A DNA stretch of 64,000 bases, taken from sequence record PV037725.1; one strand, 5' to 3'. Each line of letters opens with the position of its first letter. Position 1 is the stretch's first letter. The position numbers and the translations under genes are program-made. The notes under the pieces were generated by a model. It was not told where the DNA came from, made no database searches, and saw only the letters and a program-made list of their open reading frames with translations. Shown in pieces: positions 57,486 through 64,000 of the stretch.

Positions 57486-58559
57486 ATGTCTGACAATCGT
57501 ACTTTCATCGTTCTTGATGGTCCTGACTTCGCTGGTAAAACCATGCTGATGTCGGCTTTTCTCAAGCGTGTTGAAGCCGAAGGTATTGACCACATTGCAA
57601 TGCGTGAACCCGGTGGTATCGTTAACAGTGGTTCTTTGGCTGAAGAGATCCGAGTCGCACTGATCGCTAACCGTGAAGAAACCGTTCACCCAGAAACTGA
57701 CATCCTGATGCACATGGCTTATCGTTTGCAGAACGTTAAGAACATCATCCTCCCAGCTCTGGCTGAGGGTAAGTGGGTAGTGTCAGATCGCTTTGTATTC
57801 TCGACCTGGTGTCTGAACGTACAAGCCCATCTGGATACCCATCCACATCTGGCTGATCTGATGAAAGGTTTGATGCCTTTCGTACTGAATGGTATTCCTG
57901 AACCACTGACTTTCATTCTGGATACTCCACGAGCTATTCGTGATGAGCGTGCAGAGAACGGTGGTCGTAAGAAAGACCGTTACGAGTCCCAAGGTAAGAT
58001 CGTGCATGATCGTATCGAAGCTGCTTACGAGCAACTGCGTTCGGTACCTAGCTGCAAGTTCATCGATGGTACTTTGCCATTGGAAGAACAAGTCGATATC
58101 ATGTTCGCCTACATCAAAGGCTTTAAAGAACAAGTACTCGGTCAACTCGAAGGTGCCCAGGAACGCGCTGGTCTGATGGAAGACGAACGCACCCAAGCTG
58201 TCGACATGGCCACTAAGATGCGTGAAGAACTGAACGCTGACGAGACTTGGGATCTGGAAGAGAAGATCGCCGAATACGTTCAGACCAACGTGGTGGAAAT
58301 GGCCGATCAACTGTTCCAAGGTGCTCCAGAAGAGGAAGCAGCTAAGGCACTGGAGTTTGCTAAGGCATTTGCTGCTGACATGGCTCGTACTGTTTACGAA
58401 CGTACTGAAGGTGACCGTACTGTGTTCCATCCTTCCCGTGTTGGTCAGATCAACCAAAAAGTACATTCGATGCTAAGCTGGGGCTTTGCTCGTGATTCGT
58501 GGGCGAAATACTTCGCCACTGGTGGTGATAATGTCTCAACTCAAACTAACGAAGGCTGA
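57486..58559 (+). CDS. tmk: Thymidylate kinase with C-terminal extension (phiKZ gp188-like)
   Basis: P-loop DGPDFAGKT, MREPGG, VVSDRF, DRYE motifs. Confidence 0.92.
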   Translation: MSDNRTFIVLDGPDFAGKTMLMSAFLKRVEAEGIDHIAMREPGGIVNSGSLAEEIRVALIANREETVHPETDILMHMAYRLQNVKNIILPALAEGKWVVSDRFVFSTWCLNVQAHLDTHPHLADLMKGLMPFVLNGIPEPLTFILDTPRAIRDERAENGGRKKDRYESQGKIVHDRIEAAYEQLRSVPSCKFIDGTLPLEEQVDIMFAYIKGFKEQVLGQLEGAQERAGLMEDERTQAVDMATKMREELNADETWDLEEKIAEYVQTNVVEMADQLFQGAPEEEAAKALEFAKAFAADMARTVYERTEGDRTVFHPSRVGQINQKVHSMLSWGFARDSWAKYFATGGDNVSTQTNEG

Positions 58560-58752
58560 GTTGTGGAAATACGATAACTGTGAATTTGAATCACAGGTTG
58601 GTGAGCATCGAGTTCGTGTGATTCTTAAATCCGCGGACTCAAAGCACGCTCACGTATCGAATTACTATCACCGCACTCATACCTACAAAATCGATATCAA
58701 ATCGTTCTTAAAAACATTTACTCTGGTACAGGAAACCACCCGCAATGTCTGA
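58531..58752 (+). CDS. Small beta-rich protein (paralogue of next gene)
   Basis: ATG 58531 after GGTGG; similar to 58745-58981. Confidence 0.55.
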   Translation: MSQLKLTKAELWKYDNCEFESQVGEHRVRVILKSADSKHAHVSNYYHRTHTYKIDIKSFLKTFTLVQETTRNV

Positions 58753-58981
58753 AGCTCGGTCGAAAGGCGGCAAATACGTGTATGCAAAAGATCTTGAAGA
58801 TATCAAGTCTTACGTTGGTCGTATTTTCATCACTCGTAAAAATGGTGTTGTAAAGGCTGCAAGGCTAGATAAGGTCAAAGGTTCTAAAGCCTACTTGCAG
58901 CACGTTGATGATCGTGTTGATTCATTTAGTATCCCACTGAATAAGTTCCTTGATTACTACGAACTACTACAGAAAGGCTAA
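58745..58981 (+). CDS. Small beta-rich protein
   Basis: AGGA SD; 78 aa. Confidence 0.6.
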   Translation: MSEARSKGGKYVYAKDLEDIKSYVGRIFITRKNGVVKAARLDKVKGSKAYLQHVDDRVDSFSIPLNKFLDYYELLQKG

Positions 58982-58984
58982 GCC

Positions 58985-59347
58985 ATGACATTTAAAGTTT
59001 CTAACAACCTTGCCATGCTCGCAATGTTGATGACTGGGTTGCATGATGCTAATGCCGAAGACCCTACTAACGAAGTCACCATGACTATGGGTAACATCCG
59101 TAGTGGCGAATCTGTTTGGGTTGATGCCACTAAGTCTAAGTACCGTGTACATCTTAGGTTGGTTGAAGGTCTTGAGGCTAAGCTCAATATTGAATACTGG
59201 AATACCGCTGAGTCAGAGATCGGTGAATGCATTTGGCATGAGGTCGAAGTAGACTGTAATGATCCAGATACTTGGATTGAACCAATGATCATTCTCCAGA
59301 ACGTACTTGACGGTAAGTGCGAACCAGAAGACCCCTGCGAAGAGTAA
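58985..59347 (+). CDS. Hypothetical acidic protein
   Basis: 120 aa, ends before terminator. Confidence 0.65.
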   Translation: MTFKVSNNLAMLAMLMTGLHDANAEDPTNEVTMTMGNIRSGESVWVDATKSKYRVHLRLVEGLEAKLNIEYWNTAESEIGECIWHEVEVDCNDPDTWIEPMIILQNVLDGKCEPEDPCEE

Positions 59348-59354
59348 ACATCTT

Positions 59355-59380
59355 GCCCTCCTTCGGGAGGGCTTTATGCC
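59355..59380 (+). terminator. Hairpin terminator, conserved-flank family
   Basis: GCCCTCC-ttcg-GGAGGGC-TTTATGCC. Confidence 0.8.
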
Positions 59381-59406
59381 AATAGAATCCATTTGGAGTT
59401 TACATC

Positions 59407-59694
59407 ATGGATACGAATACAAAACCTGCCTATCCTTTCTTACCGGGTACCTTATACGAAGAGATAGGTTACTGCTGGTTGACAGGTGGTGATTTCTGCA
59501 CCTTCCTGCATCTAACACCATGTGCAGCGTTTATATGTAACACCATGGATATTAATGGTTGGGAGTTATATGTCCAACCACGTGAGTACAATGCCAACTT
59601 TTACAATCCGGGTAAAACATCCTACATTGCAACTTATGTCAAAAGGAACCGTACAAATGATCCAACACCATCGCCTCCTGAACTGCCTAATTAA
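59407..59694 (+). CDS. Hypothetical protein
   Basis: GGAG SD. Confidence 0.6.
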   Translation: MDTNTKPAYPFLPGTLYEEIGYCWLTGGDFCTFLHLTPCAAFICNTMDINGWELYVQPREYNANFYNPGKTSYIATYVKRNRTNDPTPSPPELPN

Positions 59695-60040
59695 GGCATT
59701 GATCGATCACGAATGGGATGCTCGTGGACCTAACGTAAAGAAGTGGTCGACATCGTTCGACCTTGGTAACAAACGGTATATCGATATCAAAATGACGGGT
59801 GCTGTTAAAGGAGCATCTAGATTTCATGTGATGTTCGATTCCGGTAATCGTATCCTGACTTTCGAAGGTCCACATAGTAAACTTGTTGGACGGGACCACA
59901 ATACTAAGCCACTGACTTCGAAGCAAGCTCTTAAGTTTGTGGATCGTTTACTGCGAATGGCATATGACACTGGTCGTGTATCATTCTGGGGTAACGCTCG
60001 CGCTCGTTACGATTATGAAATGGAGAGAGACAATGGCTAA
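59657..60040 (+). CDS. Hypothetical protein
   Basis: Start moved to ATG 59657 after AAGGA. Confidence 0.55.
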   Translation: MIQHHRLLNCLIKALIDHEWDARGPNVKKWSTSFDLGNKRYIDIKMTGAVKGASRFHVMFDSGNRILTFEGPHSKLVGRDHNTKPLTSKQALKFVDRLLRMAYDTGRVSFWGNARARYDYEMERDNG

Positions 60041-60476
60041 GGTACAACCACTGCTGACTGGACGCACCAAGTTCAATTGGCAAAACCGTTTGACGGGCTT
60101 GATTAAAGCCATTGGCGAACACACCATTGAAATGGGTGATGACCGCACCAACCGTGTGCACCTGTCGTTCCGTCGACTGGGTATGCGTTTGGCTATTACC
60201 ACCCGTTACTGGGGACGCAAAGGAAATCATGATGTAAGTCTTTTGTTATATGGTCGTAAGTCTGAAGTCATCATGGTTACACGTAACTGGAAGTTGACTT
60301 CTGTGCACAGCCTACTAACAAAAGAAGGCGTTACCGATTACAAAGCCATTTACAAACTACTGGAGCGTCGAGTGTATGCGATGTTCTCTGGTGACCATGC
60401 TGCCGAGATTATGTCTATCGGTGACACCAACTACGATATCCTGGAGAACTTTCATGTCGCAGTACAATCCAAGTAG
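60033..60476 (+). CDS. Hypothetical basic protein
   Basis: Start moved to ATG 60033 after GGAGAG. Confidence 0.6.
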   Translation: MAKVQPLLTGRTKFNWQNRLTGLIKAIGEHTIEMGDDRTNRVHLSFRRLGMRLAITTRYWGRKGNHDVSLLLYGRKSEVIMVTRNWKLTSVHSLLTKEGVTDYKAIYKLLERRVYAMFSGDHAAEIMSIGDTNYDILENFHVAVQSK

Positions 60477-60699
60477 CACGCTGGAAAACTATCACACTGT
60501 TGGTACTGCCACAGTGTCCAGTGTAACTGAAGAGTTTGCCGTGTTGGAGGACTATGGTCCATTGACGGCCGATCAACTTCAGACGATGCGTGACGGCGGA
60601 TGGCGACTGATGTTCACACCACAGGTTACCGAAGACGAACCTAACGTTAGTGTTTACATTTACACTTTCCAACAAGAGAACCTGGAGCAATTTCGATGA
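60454..60699 (+). CDS. Small hypothetical protein
   Basis: ATG 60454 after GGAG. Confidence 0.55.
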   Translation: MSQYNPSSTLENYHTVGTATVSSVTEEFAVLEDYGPLTADQLQTMRDGGWRLMFTPQVTEDEPNVSVYIYTFQQENLEQFR

Positions 60700-61391
60700 G
60701 ACCCGCTTATTGGTGGATAGTTTTAATCGTTGCGATACTGCTTAGCACCATTCGCATTAAAGAGGTTGAAGCTGCACCCATGCAGTTCTATGGTACCCCG
60801 ATGTTCTACGGTAAGTTCACTGAGTCCAAACAACCGTGTGTCTTTAACAAGGCTGCGGTTTATGGGTACTGTGGTGATATCCGTGACCCCGAAGATGCGA
60901 TCATTGGGTTTACTGACCCAACTGAACCGACTAAGGGTTTGGGCTTGACTACCCGGATGTTCACCGAGGTAACTTGTGTAGCGGGTAAGTGCGCAAGTAA
61001 CTACGGTGAGCCCATGGGTAGAATCAAGTCTACGGTAACTAGTTATTGGACTATCCCAACAGGTCATTACCTAGCCAGTAATGATGAAGAGCAAGTTGCC
61101 TACCAACAAGGCACTGGTCCATTGGCTGAAGAGTTCCCACGTTACCCCGTTAAAGAGATCCCTACGCTACAAGACCCTCCAAGGGGTGTTGCTCGGCATT
61201 TCAATGACGGGTTAGATCGTTATGAGGTTTACTGCAATAAAGCGCTTGAGTGCAGTTACATGGGACAACAGCTCATGGCTAGTGAACTCGCCAGATACAT
61301 CCCCAGAGTGATGACCTACAACTGTGGTAAATTGTTCTGCTACCATGCAGACAAAACCATTGCTGGATTAAACCCTAAAAGGAAATACTGA
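60696..61391 (+). CDS. Exported Cys-rich protein with signal peptide
   Basis: MRPAYWWIVLIVAILLSTIRIKEVEA|A signal-like N-terminus; eight Cys, three pairs closely spaced. Confidence 0.65.
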   Translation: MRPAYWWIVLIVAILLSTIRIKEVEAAPMQFYGTPMFYGKFTESKQPCVFNKAAVYGYCGDIRDPEDAIIGFTDPTEPTKGLGLTTRMFTEVTCVAGKCASNYGEPMGRIKSTVTSYWTIPTGHYLASNDEEQVAYQQGTGPLAEEFPRYPVKEIPTLQDPPRGVARHFNDGLDRYEVYCNKALECSYMGQQLMASELARYIPRVMTYNCGKLFCYHADKTIAGLNPKRKY

Positions 61392-61753
61392 TGTTCAACA
61401 CCTGGATCACGCATGGTATCTTTTATGGCTTCTCTGACGAATCCATTATTCACTTCATCCGTCGTCGGCTAGATCCTGATTACGGTTCGGTACAACTAAC
61501 CAATGATCGTAAGTTGATGGGTACTGGTCTGGTAATTGCTCCAGAAGAAGAACACTTAGATGAAGCTGAAATACTTGCGGGTATTGCAGAACGTCGCCTG
61601 GTACCAGATCCATTCCCCTCGGGTAAGTGTGGTCGATACACACTGGAACAAAAGTTGGAGTTTATGAATCATCCAACTTTTCTACCACGGTATAAGAATA
61701 TTCTATCCATCGTACAGAATAAGTACAACCTACTAACTTTCAAAGGTAAGTGA
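61391..61753 (+). CDS. Hypothetical protein
   Basis: TGATG coupling. Confidence 0.6.
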   Translation: MFNTWITHGIFYGFSDESIIHFIRRRLDPDYGSVQLTNDRKLMGTGLVIAPEEEHLDEAEILAGIAERRLVPDPFPSGKCGRYTLEQKLEFMNHPTFLPRYKNILSIVQNKYNLLTFKGK

Positions 61754-61756
61754 TAC

Positions 61757-62113
61757 ATGGAATTCGTTCTAGTAGTAACCTTGCTCTTCAAGCTATTGGC
61801 TGGTCACGCATTGGCTGACTACGCTTTACAGAATGACTTCGTAGCCCAGGCTAAGAATCATACCACCGAACTCGGTAAGCAGTTCTGGCGTTGGGTATTA
61901 CCCTCGCATGGTCTGATCCATGGTCTCATGGTCTACCTTGCCACAGGTATGATCTGGCTAGGTATTATCGAGACGGTGGTACACACTCTGATTGATTACC
62001 TGAAGTGTGCCGGTAAGTTGACCTTCAATGAGGATCAACTACTGCACGTGCTGTGTAAAGTGGCATACGTTGCAATCATCTTCCATAACGTTCCATACCT
62101 GACCGGAGTTTAA
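61757..62113 (+). CDS. DUF3307-family integral membrane protein
   Basis: GHALADYALQ, SHGLIHG, VHTLIDYLK, EDQLLH conserved His/Asp pattern. Confidence 0.78.
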   Translation: MEFVLVVTLLFKLLAGHALADYALQNDFVAQAKNHTTELGKQFWRWVLPSHGLIHGLMVYLATGMIWLGIIETVVHTLIDYLKCAGKLTFNEDQLLHVLCKVAYVAIIFHNVPYLTGV

Positions 62114-62116
62114 TTT

Positions 62117-62581
62117 ATGTTTAAGTTAGCTATTACAGATCTTTCCGTTTCAATCAAAGATCTTGACGAAGCGGCTATCCGTGAACACATCGCTAATACC
62201 AAGGATGACCAGTGGGCGTTACCATTCGTAGAGACCATCATCGAAGACATTGGTAACTTCGATCCGGGAATGGGTTCGTTGGATCACTACACCCTGCGTC
62301 GATTTGCCGTCCACGCCTTTAATCGTAATTCGTATTACAAAGCACGTTCCACTCAAACAGATGGTCGCGGACACCAGTTCATGGACCTACTCTTGGCGTA
62401 CTCCGGTCCAATGGAAGGAGCACTCCCAGCTAACATTCGTTATAAGGAAGAGCCACTACCTTATCTGATCCACGAAACCTTCGGTAAATTCAACTTTGAT
62501 TCATACATCAAGAACGTTCCAGAACTTGGTGAGAAGTGGCGTCGTTGGGGTTGGGAAATGAAGTCGGACTATGCCGATTGA
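62117..62581 (+). CDS. Hypothetical protein
   Basis: GGAG SD; ends at terminator. Confidence 0.65.
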   Translation: MFKLAITDLSVSIKDLDEAAIREHIANTKDDQWALPFVETIIEDIGNFDPGMGSLDHYTLRRFAVHAFNRNSYYKARSTQTDGRGHQFMDLLLAYSGPMEGALPANIRYKEEPLPYLIHETFGKFNFDSYIKNVPELGEKWRRWGWEMKSDYAD

Positions 62582-62585
62582 CGTA

Positions 62586-62632
62586 ATAAAGCCTCCACCT
62601 TCGGGTGGAGGCATTTATGTCGTTTCTTTTTT
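62586..62632 (+). terminator. Hairpin terminator, conserved-flank family
   Basis: ATAAA-GCCTCCACC-ttcg-GGTGGAGGC-ATTTATGTCGT then T-run. Confidence 0.82.
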
Positions 62633-62684
62633 TACCTAATGGTACGTAACACCCTTTCATCTTTAACTTGAAAAGGGGAGTGGT

Positions 62685-63179
62685 ATGGTGTTGACTTACG
62701 GTACTGTCTCTGGTATTGATTTACAAGTAACCAAGGGCTTAGCTGTTGGTTACTTTGGGGTTGAAGATGATCTATCTAAGATACCAAAGACTTTGGGGGA
62801 TTGGGGACTGCGTACAGTGCCTGATAACCATCGACATGGAATCGGAATGATAGTCGCGGTGCCAACCAACCGTAGAACACGTAAGATCTACAATGCGGGT
62901 CGTATCGCATGGCTTAAGGCGTTGGAGTTCTCTGAGGATAAAGCTTGGCGTTACATTAGGGCTTCTCAGAAACATAAAAGAAAGTGGGACCATCGTGTCG
63001 CTAGGTTCGTTTGTGATAACTTCCATCTAGATCCATTTATAATAAACGATATCTTAACTAGTCCGTCTCCTCGTAAGGCGTGTCTAGATAACGGTATCTA
63101 CACCACTATGAATCATGGCCAAGTGATTGGCGCTTGTCAAATTCTTGCTGATATTCATAAACTCAACTTGGGAGCTTAG
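62685..63179 (+). CDS. Hypothetical protein
   Basis: GGGGAG SD, 164 aa. Confidence 0.65.
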   Translation: MVLTYGTVSGIDLQVTKGLAVGYFGVEDDLSKIPKTLGDWGLRTVPDNHRHGIGMIVAVPTNRRTRKIYNAGRIAWLKALEFSEDKAWRYIRASQKHKRKWDHRVARFVCDNFHLDPFIINDILTSPSPRKACLDNGIYTTMNHGQVIGACQILADIHKLNLGA

Positions 63180-63250
63180 GCTCCCGTTTTATCGCCTATT
63201 CATATGAATCACTAACTTTAATTATTGGGTTATACCCATGGGAGCCTCAC

Positions 63251-63682
63251 ATGAACTTCTTCGTTGACGCGGAGTTTGATGTACCAACAAAAACATTGAT
63301 CAGTCTTGCCATCGTAAGTGAAGACGGACAAAGGGAATTCTACGAGGTGTTAGACTATTCTAACATTCAGGATGAATGGGTTAAAGAAAACGTTATTCCG
63401 ATCTTACAGAAAGCACCTATCTCTCGTGAAGAATTCCAACTCAAGCTAACCAAATTCTGTGGTCAGTTTGCAGGTATGAACATCATCGTTAATCACCCTA
63501 ATGATGTTATCTATTTCAGTGAGGCTCTACTGGGTGAGAAAGGTAAATGGATTAAGATCCAACCATTAACCTTTGACGTTGATGACAACTTAAGTGGTAA
63601 AGGATCTAAGTTACTGCACAATGCCCTTTACGACGCAATAGCCACTCGTGAAGATTGGTTCTTACAGAATGGATATAAATAG
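63251..63682 (+). CDS. DEDDh 3'-5' exo(ribo)nuclease (Rv2179c-like)
   Basis: FFVDAEF (Exo I D-x-E), ISLAIVSEDGQREFY, HNALYDA (Exo III H...D). Confidence 0.8.
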   Translation: MNFFVDAEFDVPTKTLISLAIVSEDGQREFYEVLDYSNIQDEWVKENVIPILQKAPISREEFQLKLTKFCGQFAGMNIIVNHPNDVIYFSEALLGEKGKWIKIQPLTFDVDDNLSGKGSKLLHNALYDAIATREDWFLQNGYK

Positions 63683-63691
63683 GTACTACAG

Positions 63692-64000
63692 ATGACTGCA
63701 TATAAACAAATGACGGAACACCGCTCTCGCCGGTGCCGTCCAGAAACCTTACTACGATTGTTGTTATCAACAAGCTATCCACAATCGACACTGAGTGATC
63801 TCACCCTAGCTTTGAATGTTCATGGTGGTCAGACCGATCTAGAAGAACTAGAACGTAACGCTGAAGACTTACGTGAAGTTGAGAAAGAGTATACACTCTA
63901 CGACTTCGTACGCTGCGTTGAGATCCGTCGTACATTCGGTGAGATCCGTCTTGTGGTGAAAGGGTTAGACATTGATCCAGCGATGAAAGCGATTAATGAC
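63692..64000 (+). CDS. Hypothetical protein, 3'-truncated
   Basis: ATG 63692 after AGG; frame open to window end (MTAYKQMTEHRSRRCRPE...). Confidence 0.55.
   Translation, partial: MTAYKQMTEHRSRRCRPETLLRLLLSTSYPQSTLSDLTLALNVHGGQTDLEELERNAEDLREVEKEYTLYDFVRCVEIRRTFGEIRLVVKGLDIDPAMKAIND

Noticed and set aside
1-64000. tRNA, tmRNA, rRNA or large structured ncRNA
   Set aside because: Intergenic gaps are short (under ~190 nt) and explained by hairpins or promoters; no cloverleaf or T-loop GTTC pattern recognised by eye. tRNAscan/Infernal would be needed for certainty.

Overview
A 64-kb segment of a phiKZ-like (Chimalliviridae-type, nucleus-forming lineage) jumbo myophage, probably infecting Pseudomonas. 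The host is inferred from gene order and family resemblance, not from a database search. The conserved backbone carries: a 5'-truncated collagen-repeat tail fibre; four split virion RNA polymerase subunits (beta-C, beta'-C, beta-N/M, and beta'-N with the ADFDGD catalytic motif); a UvsX/RecA-like recombinase; RNase HI; head/inner-body proteins; a central spike plus PAAR tip; an SbcC/Rad50 ATPase; the prohead protease; a 2322-aa tail-associated lytic transglycosylase; and thymidylate kinase. Between these are accessory early operons of small hypothetical genes behind TATATTAC promoters, and a family of hairpin terminators with conserved CATAAA/TTTATG flanks. No tRNA, rRNA, CRISPR array, intron or intein was seen. 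Best leads: (1) a Tad1-family immune-signal sponge fused to an acidic leader with a prohead-protease-type GLE|S site, possibly a virion-packaged, injected anti-defence protein; (2) a canonical C CCU UUA -1 slippery site at the end of an acidic head-protein gene, with an open -1 frame of 115 codons; (3) two parallel early cassettes encoding paralogous small membrane proteins; (4) a free-standing protein resembling part of the major capsid protein in an early operon; (5) a candidate spanin pair. phiKZ/SPN3US gene numbers are recalled from synteny and motifs and need BLAST confirmation. Several starts were moved from the ORF track to better-supported codons.
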